DNA from: Candidatus Latescibacterota bacterium
GTDB lineage: Bacteria > Latescibacterota > UBA2968 > UBA8231
NCBI GenBank assembly: GCA_965248355.1
Contig: OZ252098.1
Coordinates: 3,840,001 to 3,904,000 of the forward strand
Length of the DNA: 64,000 nucleotides
Direction of reading: 5' to 3'
The notes under the pieces are model-generated. The model made no database searches and was not told the origin of the DNA. It saw only the letters and a list, made by a program, of their open reading frames with translations. Below, in pieces: positions 1-9,269 of the stretch (position 1 is the stretch's first letter; every line of letters begins with the position of its first letter). A program made the position numbers and the translations under genes.

Positions 1-1915
1 GGCGGCCGGCATCGGCCTGACGGTGCACCTCTACCAGGAAGACCGCCGGGCCCTGGGGCTGATGGCCGGCGCCGGCGTCCTGTTCTTCCTCGGCTACTCG
101 ACCTACATGGCCCTGTTCCTGCGCTCGGGGCTGAACCCGGCCATCGACATGAACGACCCGGAGAACCTGGGCAACTTCCTCTCCTTTCTCCGCCGCGAGC
201 AATACGGCACCGAGAGCCAGTTGCTGGGGATGCTCACGCCCCGCGCCGACCGCGTCTACCAGCTGTGGCACCAGCAGTTCAAGTACTTCCTGCAGCAGTG
301 GCCCTTCCCCGCCCTCGAGCGGGACATGATGTTCCGCTGGGCCACCGAGAGGTCACCCCACGTCATCTCCGTCTCCCTCGTGCCGCTGCTGGCGGGCGTC
401 ATGGGCCTGGGGTGGCAGCTGCAGCGGGACTGGCGTCGGTTCCTGGCCCTGTTCCTGCTGTTCCTGGTCATGGGCTTCGGGTTGTCCCTCTACCTGAACA
501 TGCCCGACCCCCAACCGCGCGAACGCCACTACGTGTTCGGAGGCATGTTCCTGGCCTGGGTCCTGTGGATGGGGCTCGGCTGGACGGCCGTGGTCGAGGA
601 GTTGCGCAAGCGGCTGTCCTTGCGGACCGGCTGGGTCGCCGCCCTCTCCTGTGCCGGGCTCCTGCTGCCGGCCGGCGTCGGCGCCAGGCTGCACCACATC
701 GAGGACCGCCGGGGGGACTACATCGCCTGGGACTACGCCTACAACCTGCTGCAGTCCTGCGACGAGAACTCGCTGCTGTTCACCAACGGCGACAACGACA
801 CCTTCCCTCTCTGGTTCCTGCAGCACGTGGAGGGCATCCGCCGGGACGTGAGCATCATCAACCTGAGCCTGCTGAACACGGGGTGGTACATCAAGCAGCT
901 GCGAGACCGCGAGCCCCGGGTGGCCATGTCCCGGGGCGACGGCCCCCCCCTGAGCGACGTCTTCATCGACTCGACCCTCACCGACACGCAGCTGGTCGAT
1001 CTCTCCAAGAGGCTGTGGCGGACGCCCAGGAAGCCTCGGGAGTTCAGGGACCTCGGGCTCGACGTGCAGGTCTCGGCGTTGCCGGGCCACGAGCTGCTGC
1101 GGGTGCAGGACATCATGGTCATCGGCATCGTCTACTGGAACGACTTCAGGCGCCCCGTCCACTTCGCCATCACCGTGGCCGGCTCCAACCGCGTCGGTCT
1201 CGACCCCTATCTCGAGATGGAGGGCATGACCCTGAAGCTGAAGCGGGAGAAAATCCAGGGAAGCGGAAACGCCGAGGCCCTGGCCCGCAACCTGATGGAG
1301 GTCTACCGGTTCCGAGGCGTCCGGGACGAGTCGATCTACAAGGACGACAACACGAGCCGCCTGCTGCAGAACTACCGGGCCTGCGTCCTGACCCTGTCCG
1401 ACATCTACCAGACGGAGGGACGCATCGACGAGATGGCCCGGTTGCTCCGTTGGGCGGAGGAGAACATCCCCATGGGCTGGGAGGGCCTCTACGCGGCCAG
1501 CGAGAACTACCGGCGAGCGGGACGGGCCGAGCTGGCCGCCGAGTTCGTCGAGAAGGCGGCTCAGGGGCTCATCGAGCGTTACGGCGAGGATCCGTCGGCG
1601 ACCTACGACAACGGTCTGGCCCTGGCCAGCATCCTCTACAACGACTACGGCGCCTTCGCGAGCGCCGAGGACATCTACCGGGGCACCATCGCCCTGCAAC
1701 CCCGGGCCTACGCCGGTTACCACGAGCTGGCCGCCACGTTGCAGGCAGGTGGCCGCACAGGAGAGGCCCTGGCGGTGGTGGATCGGTATGTCGAGGAGTA
1801 CGGGGAGCTCGACTCCGCCAGCGTGGACCGGGAAGTCCTGGTCAACGCCATGCAGCGCCTCGAGGCGTCCGGCGCCGAAGCGCCGGGAACCGAGTCCGGC
1901 GCACCGACGGAATGA
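1..1915 (+). CDS. DUF2723 / TMEM260-like (GT117) multi-pass membrane glycosyltransferase with C-terminal TPR-like helices; 5' end outside window
   Basis: Several TM helices; motifs REQYG, RERHYVF and FTNGDNDTFPLW..Q.VEG.R.DV.IINLSLL...WY typical of DUF2723; frame is open from the window edge. Confidence 0.85.
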   Translation, partial: AAGIGLTVHLYQEDRRALGLMAGAGVLFFLGYSTYMALFLRSGLNPAIDMNDPENLGNFLSFLRREQYGTESQLLGMLTPRADRVYQLWHQQFKYFLQQWPFPALERDMMFRWATERSPHVISVSLVPLLAGVMGLGWQLQRDWRRFLALFLLFLVMGFGLSLYLNMPDPQPRERHYVFGGMFLAWVLWMGLGWTAVVEELRKRLSLRTGWVAALSCAGLLLPAGVGARLHHIEDRRGDYIAWDYAYNLLQSCDENSLLFTNGDNDTFPLWFLQHVEGIRRDVSIINLSLLNTGWYIKQLRDREPRVAMSRGDGPPLSDVFIDSTLTDTQLVDLSKRLWRTPRKPREFRDLGLDVQVSALPGHELLRVQDIMVIGIVYWNDFRRPVHFAITVAGSNRVGLDPYLEMEGMTLKLKREKIQGSGNAEALARNLMEVYRFRGVRDESIYKDDNTSRLLQNYRACVLTLSDIYQTEGRIDEMARLLRWAEENIPMGWEGLYAASENYRRAGRAELAAEFVEKAAQGLIERYGEDPSATYDNGLALASILYNDYGAFASAEDIYRGTIALQPRAYAGYHELAATLQAGGRTGEALAVVDRYVEEYGELDSASVDREVLVNAMQRLEASGAEAPGTESGAPTE

Positions 1916-2958
1916 CCTCCGGGCCGGAGCCGGCCACGACGGTCGTCATCCCCCACTACCGGGCCGACACTCTCTGCGACTGTCTGGCCTCCCTGTACCG
2001 GCCCAGCGACCGGCCCGTGCGCGTCCTGGTCGTCGACGACGGCGGCGGCGGACAGGCCCTGCGGCGGGCCCGCTCCCGGTTCCCCCAGGTGGAGATTCTG
2101 CGAAACGACCGGCGCCTCGGTTTCGCCGGCTCCTGCAACCGGGGCCTGGAGGCGGCTGACACACCCTTCGCCCTGCTCCTCAACGACGATACGCGCGTGA
2201 CGCCGGGCTGGCTCGCCCCCCTGGAGGACGCGGCCCGGGCGGTTCCGGGGGTCGCTGTCTGCCAGCCCAAGCTGCTGTCGGAGACCCGTCCCGGGTACTT
2301 CGACCCCAGCGGCGCCGCCGGCGGCTACATCGACCGGTTTGGGTACACCTTCTGCCGGGGACGGGTCTTCGACACGGTTGAGCCCGATGTTGGCCAGTAC
2401 GACCGGTCCCGGGAGCTGTTCTGGGCCTGCGGCACGGCCATGTTCCTGCGTCTCGAGGCGGTCCGCGAGGTGGGCCCCCTCGATCTCGACTACTTCATGC
2501 ACTTCGAGGAGATCGACCTGTGCTGGCGCCTGCGCCTGGCCGGTTGGCGGATCCTTTCGGTGCCGGAGTCAAGGGTCTTCCACCACGCCGCCCGGTCCCT
2601 GCCGTCGGACAGCTTCCGCAAGGTCTACCTCAACCACCGCAACAACCTGGTGGCCCTCATCAAGAATCTCCCCGCCCGCAGGCTGTTGTGGCTGCTCCCC
2701 GTGAGGGTTCTCCTGGAGTTGCTCGCCTGCGCGCTGTACGTCGGGCGCCGCCGCCCGCTGTGCGCCGCCGCGCCTCTTGCCAGCCTGGCCTGGATCGCCG
2801 CTCATCCGGCCAACCTTTGGCGCCGCCGCCGCACCAGCCGTCGTCTCGCCGCCGGCGGCCGGGAGGTGATCGAGGCAGGGGTGTTCGCGGGCAGCGCGCT
2901 GATCCACTACTACCTGCTCCGGCGGCGGACGGCGGCGGAGCTGATGGGAGAGGGCTGA
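1912..2958 (+). CDS. Glycosyltransferase family 2
   Basis: ATG at 1912 overlaps upstream stop (ATGA); motifs VVIPHY, VVDDG, GFAGSCNRG, LLNDD, FMHFEEIDLCWR. The track ORF 265..2958 is over-extended. Confidence 0.92.
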   Translation: MTSGPEPATTVVIPHYRADTLCDCLASLYRPSDRPVRVLVVDDGGGGQALRRARSRFPQVEILRNDRRLGFAGSCNRGLEAADTPFALLLNDDTRVTPGWLAPLEDAARAVPGVAVCQPKLLSETRPGYFDPSGAAGGYIDRFGYTFCRGRVFDTVEPDVGQYDRSRELFWACGTAMFLRLEAVREVGPLDLDYFMHFEEIDLCWRLRLAGWRILSVPESRVFHHAARSLPSDSFRKVYLNHRNNLVALIKNLPARRLLWLLPVRVLLELLACALYVGRRRPLCAAAPLASLAWIAAHPANLWRRRRTSRRLAAGGREVIEAGVFAGSALIHYYLLRRRTAAELMGEG

Positions 2959-3968
2959 TGGAGGCCTCGGAGTCCCGGGGAGTGTCCCGTGACGGCCCTC
3001 CGGGGCGGCGGGCCCTGCGCCGGATCGGCGATCCGGTCCTCAAGCTCCTGGTCAGCGGCGGGCTTCTCTACTGGCTGCTGTCGCAGTCCGACCTGGAGGC
3101 CTTCGCCCGCGTCCTGAGCCGCACCGACGGGGCCTTGTTCGTCGCCGGCGCGGGTCTCTTCGTGCTCAGCAACGTCCTCGGCGCGGGGCAGTGGTACCTG
3201 CTGCTGCGCGGCCAGTCCCTGGCCGTCTCCCCGAGGCAGACGGCGGTCGTCTACTGGGTGGGCGTGTTCTTCAACAACCTGCTCCCCGGCAACATCGGCG
3301 GCGACGCCATGCGCATCTACGACGTGCGCCGTCTCACCGGGGCCACCAGCCGGGCCGCGGCCGCCACCTTCATGGACCGCTTCATCGGGCTGTTCTCCAC
3401 ATGCTGCCTGGCCCTCGGGGCCTGCGCCCTGGTGGCCGACGTCCGGCGTCCCGGTCTCGTCACCCTTCTCGGTACCGTGTGGCTGGCCCTGGCGGCCCTG
3501 CTGGCCATGGGGCTGAGCCGGCGGCTCGGCCGCCGCGTCCGCCGGATTCTCGACCTCCTGCTGCCGAGCCGCCTCGCGGGGGGCGTCGAGAGATTGCGCT
3601 CCCGCATCGCCGTCTACCGCGAGCAGGCGGGCCTGCTGGCCGCCGCCTGGGCGGTCTCCCTCGGGGTGCAGTTCAGCCGCATCCTCGTCTACTGGGCCGC
3701 CGGTCTGGCCGTCGGCCTCGAGGTGGGCCTGCGCTACTTCGTCGGCTTTCAGCCCGCGGCAGCCATCGTCGCCGCCCTGCCGATCTCCGTGGGCGGCCTC
3801 GGTGTGCGGGAGGGCGTTCTGGTGGAGCTCTTCGCAGGCGTGGGGGTCGACGAGAGCCTCGCCTTCGCCACGTCCCTGCTGGGCTACGCCGCCGGCATCA
3901 GCGCCAGCGCTCTCGGCGGGGTGGCCTTCGTGCTGCGCCGGCCCCGGCGGGAGGCCGGAGCCGCCTGA
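2958..3968 (+). CDS. Lysylphosphatidylglycerol-synthase-TM / flippase-like membrane protein (UPF0104 type)
   Basis: TGATG overlap at 2956-2960; FFNNLLPGNIGGDA.R, DR..GL, PISVGGLGVRE. Confidence 0.88.
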   Translation: MEASESRGVSRDGPPGRRALRRIGDPVLKLLVSGGLLYWLLSQSDLEAFARVLSRTDGALFVAGAGLFVLSNVLGAGQWYLLLRGQSLAVSPRQTAVVYWVGVFFNNLLPGNIGGDAMRIYDVRRLTGATSRAAAATFMDRFIGLFSTCCLALGACALVADVRRPGLVTLLGTVWLALAALLAMGLSRRLGRRVRRILDLLLPSRLAGGVERLRSRIAVYREQAGLLAAAWAVSLGVQFSRILVYWAAGLAVGLEVGLRYFVGFQPAAAIVAALPISVGGLGVREGVLVELFAGVGVDESLAFATSLLGYAAGISASALGGVAFVLRRPRREAGAA

Positions 3969-5134
3969 TGGTGCAGCTCGGCTGCGAGCGGCTCTTCGAG
4001 GATCCCCGGGCCTTCCGTCTCATACGGGGCCGCCGGGTGGGGCTGGTGACCAATCCCTCCGGCGTCGACCGGCGCCTGCGGGCCACGGCCGACCTGCTGC
4101 ACGTCCGCCCCGGCCCCGAGCTGGTCCTGCTCTTCGGCCCCGAGCACGGGATCCGGGGCGACGCCGAGGACGGGGTCCCGGTGGAGACCGCCATCGACGA
4201 CCGCACGGGTGTGCCCGCCGTGAGTCTCTACGGCGAGCGCCGCCAGCCTTCGCCCGGGGAACTCGAGCAACTCGACGTGCTGCTCTTCGACATCCAGGAC
4301 GTGGGCGTCCGGTTCTACACCTATCTCTACACCATGACCCTGGCCATGGAGGCCTGCGCCGAGGCGGGGGTTCCCTTCGTGGTTCTCGACAGGCCGAACC
4401 CGCTCGGCGGGCTCGTGGTGGAGGGGAACATGCTCGACGCGCCGGCCTTCGCCTCCTTCGTGGGACGGTACCCGATTCCGGTGCGCTATGGCCTGACCAT
4501 CGGCGAGCTGGCGCGGCTGTTCAACGAGGAGTTCGGGATCGGCGCCGAGCTGCACGTCGTCGAGATGAGGGGCTGGCGACGAAGCATGCAGTGGCCGGAC
4601 ACGTCCCTGCACTGGGTGCCGCCGTCGCCGAACATGCCGACGCCGGAGACCGTGGCCGTCTACCCGGGTATGTGCTTCTTCGAGGGCACCAACGTCTCCG
4701 AAGGCCGCGGCACGGCCCTCCCCTTCGAGCAGATCGGCGCGCCTTACATGGACGGCTTCGTCCTCGCCGCCCGCATCGATGCCCTGGGACTGCCGGGCGT
4801 CGCCGTCCGCCCCGTCTTCTTCCGGCCTGCCTTCGGCAAGCACGAGGGCCTTTCCTGCGCGGGGATCCAGCTGCACACCACGGGCGACGAGGCCTTCTCC
4901 CCCGTGCGCACCGGCTTCCACCTGCTCTCCGAGGCGCGGCGCGGCTGGCCGGAGGACTTCGGGTGGCGCACGAACCCCGAGGGCATCCACAACTTCGACA
5001 AGCTCGCCGGCACGGACCGGATCCGCGCGGCCCTGGACGGCGGCGCCGCCGTGGACGACCTGATCGAGGAGTGGGCGCGGGAGCGGCTCCCCTTCGAGGA
5101 GTGCCGGCGGCGGTACCTTCGCTATCCCGGGTGA
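3968..5134 (+). CDS. namZ: Exo-beta-N-acetylmuramidase NamZ family (DUF1343)
   Basis: TGATG overlap; GLVTNPSG, LFGPEHGIRG, FDIQDVGVRFYTY, LDRPNP, PPSPN, SEGRGT..PFE. Confidence 0.92.
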   Translation: MVQLGCERLFEDPRAFRLIRGRRVGLVTNPSGVDRRLRATADLLHVRPGPELVLLFGPEHGIRGDAEDGVPVETAIDDRTGVPAVSLYGERRQPSPGELEQLDVLLFDIQDVGVRFYTYLYTMTLAMEACAEAGVPFVVLDRPNPLGGLVVEGNMLDAPAFASFVGRYPIPVRYGLTIGELARLFNEEFGIGAELHVVEMRGWRRSMQWPDTSLHWVPPSPNMPTPETVAVYPGMCFFEGTNVSEGRGTALPFEQIGAPYMDGFVLAARIDALGLPGVAVRPVFFRPAFGKHEGLSCAGIQLHTTGDEAFSPVRTGFHLLSEARRGWPEDFGWRTNPEGIHNFDKLAGTDRIRAALDGGAAVDDLIEEWARERLPFEECRRRYLRYPG

Positions 5135-5178
5135 GGGCTCGTTGACCGGGTTTCTGCGGCCGGCTTGATTCTCCGCCC

Positions 5179-5772
5179 ATGCCGGCGCCGCTCGAACCAG
5201 GAACTTTCCTGATCGCCTCTCTCGGCCTGGAGGATCCCGCCTTCTCCAGGACCATCGTCCTCATCCTGCAGCACCGGCCCGATGAGTCCACCCTCGGGGT
5301 GGTCATCAACCGCCCGCTGGGAGACCGGTCCACGCTCTATCCGAGAGAAGAGCTCGACCGTCTTACGGAGGGATTGGGCGAGGGCGCCGAGCGCCGCGGT
5401 GGACTGTTGTACCAGGGAGGTCCGGTCGAGCCGGGCTCCCTGATCTTCCTGCACCGGGTCGAGCACTTGCGCGGAGACGCGGCCGCGATCCGGCCCGGCC
5501 TGTTCACCGGCGGAGATCTGGACGCGCTGCGTGAGCACAGCGCCGCAGCCGGGGATGAAGGCCCCTTCCTGCGCTTCTTTCTCGGATATTCCGAGTGGCA
5601 TCCCGGCCAGTTGGAGTCCGAGATCGCCCTGGGGGCCTGGATCCTGGCCCCCGGCGATGTCGATCTGGTCTTCAGCAGCGATCCGAAGGCCATGTGGCAG
5701 CGGGCCCTGCTCGCCCTGGGCGGCAAGTACGCCCCCATGTCCTTCATCCCCGAGGACCCGGCTCTGAACTAG
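5179..5772 (+). CDS. YqgE/AlgH family protein (UPF0301)
   Basis: FLIAS...DP.F.RTIVL, G.VINRP, GGPV, GYS.W..GQLE.E. Confidence 0.92.
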   Translation: MPAPLEPGTFLIASLGLEDPAFSRTIVLILQHRPDESTLGVVINRPLGDRSTLYPREELDRLTEGLGEGAERRGGLLYQGGPVEPGSLIFLHRVEHLRGDAAAIRPGLFTGGDLDALREHSAAAGDEGPFLRFFLGYSEWHPGQLESEIALGAWILAPGDVDLVFSSDPKAMWQRALLALGGKYAPMSFIPEDPALN

Positions 5773-6740
5773 CAGATCAGTCCGCGTTTGGCCCGGATGC
5801 CGTGCAGCATGGGGTCGTCGCCGATCCAGCGTTCGTCCACCGGTTCCGAGGCGGGCTGGTAGCGCGAGTCGGCGGACAGCCGGATGCGGTCGGAGCGGTT
5901 GTCGGAGCTGGCGTGCATGGTGTACATGCTCAGGACCAGCAGGTCGCCGGCGCGGTAGTCGGCCGTCAGCCAGCGCCCCCCCAGCTCGCGCCGGGTGGCG
6001 ATGGCGTCGGGGGAGTAGTGGCCGCGGCCTTCCCACTGGATCTGCCCGTGCTCCTCGGCGGTGAGCTCCCGGCCCTCGGCCTGCGCCGAGCGGACGATGG
6101 GACCCGCGCCGCCCTTGTTGTCGCAGTACTTGTCCACGTCGGCGGCCCCGTAGGTGCGGCGCACCTCCTCCAGACGATGCGATCCTTCGAGGACGAGGAG
6201 GCCGCCGTGCTCGTACGGAACATCGCCGAGGGGCGTCCATGAGGTCCACAGGTTCTTCGTCCCCCGGCCCATGAAGACGACATCGTAGTGGGGCTGCGTC
6301 ACCGTCCCCGGTCCCGGCATCTTGGCGCGGAACCAGGTGTAGTCGAAGTGGCGCACGGGGCCGCCGAGGAGGCCCTCGTAGAAGGCGATCATGGGGCCGG
6401 CGTAGAGCACCCTGTCCAGGGGCGCGTTCTCCCTGGCCAGGTCATGGGTGGAGCCCAGATTGACCCCAGGGAGCACGACGCCGTCCAGGAGTGGGTGGCC
6501 GGTGTCGTCCACGACTCCCCGCAAGGCCAGCCGCCGCAGCACCTCCCGGCGGGCCTCCAGGACTTCCTCCCGGCGGAGCTGGCCCGGCAGGAGCAGGTAT
6601 CCGTCCTCGGCCAGTCTCTGGCGCTGCGCCCCGGGGTCGCGGGCGATCCCGTCGGAGCGCCGGAGCTCCCCGAGGGCATCAGCCCCGGCATCCATCGGTT
6701 CGCCGCGGTAGGTCGCTCCGGACTCGAGCGCGTTCCTCAT
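5769..6740 (-). CDS. Phytanoyl-CoA dioxygenase (PhyH) family Fe(II)/2OG oxygenase
   Basis: HYD facial-triad motif, WTPLGD...GGL.VLEGSH, HAS..N..RIRLS.D.RYQ; start chosen at MRNALES (6740). Confidence 0.85.
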   Translation of the reverse strand: MRNALESGATYRGEPMDAGADALGELRRSDGIARDPGAQRQRLAEDGYLLLPGQLRREEVLEARREVLRRLALRGVVDDTGHPLLDGVVLPGVNLGSTHDLARENAPLDRVLYAGPMIAFYEGLLGGPVRHFDYTWFRAKMPGPGTVTQPHYDVVFMGRGTKNLWTSWTPLGDVPYEHGGLLVLEGSHRLEEVRRTYGAADVDKYCDNKGGAGPIVRSAQAEGRELTAEEHGQIQWEGRGHYSPDAIATRRELGGRWLTADYRAGDLLVLSMYTMHASSDNRSDRIRLSADSRYQPASEPVDERWIGDDPMLHGIRAKRGLIC

Positions 6741-6855
6741 GGCGGCAAAGTAACGGAGCCTGATTGCCCTCCGTCCACACCTCGTGCTATCTTTAGCACT
6801 CCCCCATCCAGTTTCTCCATCCACGCTCCCTGTTGTCCGAGACGACGGAGGCTTC

Positions 6856-7998
6856 ATGCGCTGTCTGCCCCGGATCTTACTGTGCCAGTCGAGCTTGGCG
6901 TGGCTGTTGACCACCGCCGCCGCCGCCGCCGTCTACGACATCGGTGAAGATCCGCCCTTCGCCTCGGCTCTGCTGGTGGAGGCCTCCACCGGAGCCGTCC
7001 TGTTCGAGCACGAAGCCGATACGCCCAGGTCTCCCGCGAGCACCCAGAAGCTCCTGCTTCAACTCGTGGTCATGGAAGCGTTGGCCGACGGCCGCGTCGT
7101 CCTCACCGACTCCGTCCACGCCTCGGCCCGGGCGAGCCGCACGGGGGGCTCCCAGGTCTACCTGCAGCAGGGGGAGGTCTTTCCCCTCTCCGAGATGATG
7201 GCGGCCATCGTCATCTCCTCCGCCAACGACGCCTGTGTCGCGGTGGCCGAGCACGTCGGCGGCTCGGTGGAGGGGTTCGTCCACCTGATGAACGCCAAGG
7301 CTCGACAGCTCTGCATGACGTCGACGCGGTGTGTGAACGTCCACGGGCTCGATGACACCCCGCGGGACGAGGGCAACGAGACGACCGCCCGCGATCTGGC
7401 CGCCATCGCCCGGGCCCTGCTGCCCCACGAGAAGATCCTGGAGTGGTCATCGATCCGCATGCGCCCCTTCCGCGGCGGCGCCTTCACCCTCTACACGACG
7501 AACAAGCTTCTTGGCCGCTTTCCGGGCCTCGACGGGTTGAAGACGGGGTACACGAAGCGGGCGGGTTCGTGCCTGGTGGCCACCGCCCTGCGCCGCGACA
7601 TGCGTCTCGTCTCGGTCGTCATGGGGGGAAGGGGAGAGAAGGCGCGGGACCGGGAGACGACCCGTCTGCTGGAGTGGGGCTTCGCTCACTTCGTGAAGGG
7701 GCCTCTGGCGCTGGCCGGCGAGCCGGTGGGAAAGGTCCCCCTCGACTGGGGGCAGGAACCCGAGGTGTCGGCGGTGACGGCCGACACCTTCGTGGCCGTG
7801 CTCACCCCCGAGCAGAGGCGGCGCGTGGACCGCAAGGTGGAGCTGCCGGAGCTGCAGCCGGCGCCGGTCGCCGCGGGGGACACCCTCGGGATGCTGCATC
7901 TGCGCCTGGACGACGCCGTGCTCGCGCAGGTCGAGCTGATCGCCGCCGACTCGGTGGGCCGCATGAGCGTCTGGGAGAAGCTGCTGAGCTACTTCTAG
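6856..7998 (+). CDS. dacA: D-alanyl-D-alanine carboxypeptidase (peptidase S11, PBP5-like)
   Basis: SxxK (ASTQK), SxN (SAND), KTG (LKTGYT); signal peptide; GGAGG upstream of ATG 6856. Confidence 0.9.
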   Translation: MRCLPRILLCQSSLAWLLTTAAAAAVYDIGEDPPFASALLVEASTGAVLFEHEADTPRSPASTQKLLLQLVVMEALADGRVVLTDSVHASARASRTGGSQVYLQQGEVFPLSEMMAAIVISSANDACVAVAEHVGGSVEGFVHLMNAKARQLCMTSTRCVNVHGLDDTPRDEGNETTARDLAAIARALLPHEKILEWSSIRMRPFRGGAFTLYTTNKLLGRFPGLDGLKTGYTKRAGSCLVATALRRDMRLVSVVMGGRGEKARDRETTRLLEWGFAHFVKGPLALAGEPVGKVPLDWGQEPEVSAVTADTFVAVLTPEQRRRVDRKVELPELQPAPVAAGDTLGMLHLRLDDAVLAQVELIAADSVGRMSVWEKLLSYF

Positions 7999-8026
7999 CC
8001 GGCCCGCCTCGGCCAGCCGCCACGGG

Positions 8027-9076
8027 TCAGTAAGCGTCCGGGCGGACGCACAGCGAGCGGTCCTCCAATGGCAGGGGGATCCGCCGACCACCCTCGCGGC
8101 TCGAGGCCACCAGGCCGAGGACGATCTCCTGGCTGCGGCACGCCAGCCCGATCCCTCCCCGGGTCTCGGCGTCTTCATCGATGGCGCGCACGAGATCCTC
8201 GATGGCGCGCAGGGTTCCGCTCTCGATCCGCACCTGCGGACCGGCCTCTTCCTCGAAGCCATGCCCGCGGGCCCGGCGCCAGGTGTAGCCGGTCCCGTTG
8301 GACAGGGTGCGCAGCTTGCCGTCGCTGCCGCTGGCCTCGAACTCGTACCCCCCCGAGGCGACGAGATAGGCGTGTACCCCGTTGGCGAAGCGGACGTAAC
8401 CCATCTCGATCGGCGGGTCGACGGTCAGGCGGTCGCCCTGCCAGTCGTCATCGGCGTACCGGCAGGTGGCCTGCACGAACTCCGCCTCCCCGTCGCCGGC
8501 CAGCATGAGCAGCATGTCGGTGGCGTGCGTATGCCCCCACTGGGCCGAGCCGGTGCCGCAGTGCCCGATGACGGCCTGCAACTGGCCGATCCGGCCGCCG
8601 TCGATCATCTCCCGGGCGTTGCGGTAGAGGCGGACGTAGCGCCGCTGGGTGCCGTAGTTGAACTTGACGCCGTGGGCGGTGACCGCCGCGGACATGGCGT
8701 CGGCTTCGGCCATCGAGTTGCACAGCGGCTTCTCGCAATAGACGCCGCGCACGCCGTTCTCGGCAGCGAGAATCGTCACGGGGGCGTGCGGCGAGGGCCG
8801 GGTGGCGATACAGACGATGTCGAGGCCTTCCTTCCGGATCATCTCCTCGACGTCGGTGTAGACCGAGGCCACCCCGTATCGGGCCGCGGCCGCCTCGGCT
8901 TTTGCTGCGACCGGGTCGCAGACCGCGGCCAGGTCCGTCCTCCCGCAGGCGGTGACGGCGGCGGCGTGTGAGTACGGCAGGAACAGGTGGCTGTCGGGCC
9001 GGTCCTTCACCTCATCGTCGATGGTCGCGCCCATCCGCCCGCATCCGACGAGCCCCACGCGATAGGTTGGAGCCAT
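8027..9076 (-). CDS. Gfo/Idh/MocA family oxidoreductase
   Basis: VGLVGCGRMG Rossmann motif, CEKP motif. Confidence 0.9.
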   Translation of the reverse strand: MAPTYRVGLVGCGRMGATIDDEVKDRPDSHLFLPYSHAAAVTACGRTDLAAVCDPVAAKAEAAAARYGVASVYTDVEEMIRKEGLDIVCIATRPSPHAPVTILAAENGVRGVYCEKPLCNSMAEADAMSAAVTAHGVKFNYGTQRRYVRLYRNAREMIDGGRIGQLQAVIGHCGTGSAQWGHTHATDMLLMLAGDGEAEFVQATCRYADDDWQGDRLTVDPPIEMGYVRFANGVHAYLVASGGYEFEASGSDGKLRTLSNGTGYTWRRARGHGFEEEAGPQVRIESGTLRAIEDLVRAIDEDAETRGGIGLACRSQEIVLGLVASSREGGRRIPLPLEDRSLCVRPDAY

Positions 9077-9109
9077 TCTTTCCTCTCTTTCGAGGCGTGT
9101 CGGCCGGCC

Positions 9110-9138
9110 TTGACCGGATTTCGGGCGGGCCGTACGCT
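9110..9138 (+). promoter_or_regulatory. Sigma70-type promoter of tRNA-Val
   Basis: TTGACC (9110-9115), 17-bp spacer, TACGCT (9133-9138), 12 bp before the tRNA. Confidence 0.7.
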
Positions 9139-9150
9139 CTTGCCCGATCA

Positions 9151-9227
9151 GGGCGATTAGCTCAGCTGGTTAGAGTGCCTGCTTGACATGCAGGAGGTCG
9201 CTGGTTCAATTCCAGCATCGCCCACCA
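9151..9227 (+). tRNA. tRNA-Val (anticodon GAC), CCA encoded
   Basis: Acceptor stem GGGCGAT/ATCGCCC + ACCA; D-arm TAGCTCAGCTGGTTAGAG; anticodon stem CCTGC-TTGACAT-GCAGG; T-loop GGTTCAATTCC; 77 nt. Confidence 0.98.
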
Positions 9228-9231
9228 CTCC

Positions 9232-9267
9232 AAAGCTCTGGGGAGTCCTCCCCGGAGCTTTTTCTTT
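9232..9267 (+). terminator. Intrinsic terminator after tRNA-Val (possibly bidirectional)
   Basis: AAAGCTCTGGGGA-GTCC-TCCCCGGAGCTTT hairpin followed by TTCTTT; lies between convergent genes. Confidence 0.8.
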
Positions 9268-9269
9268 GC

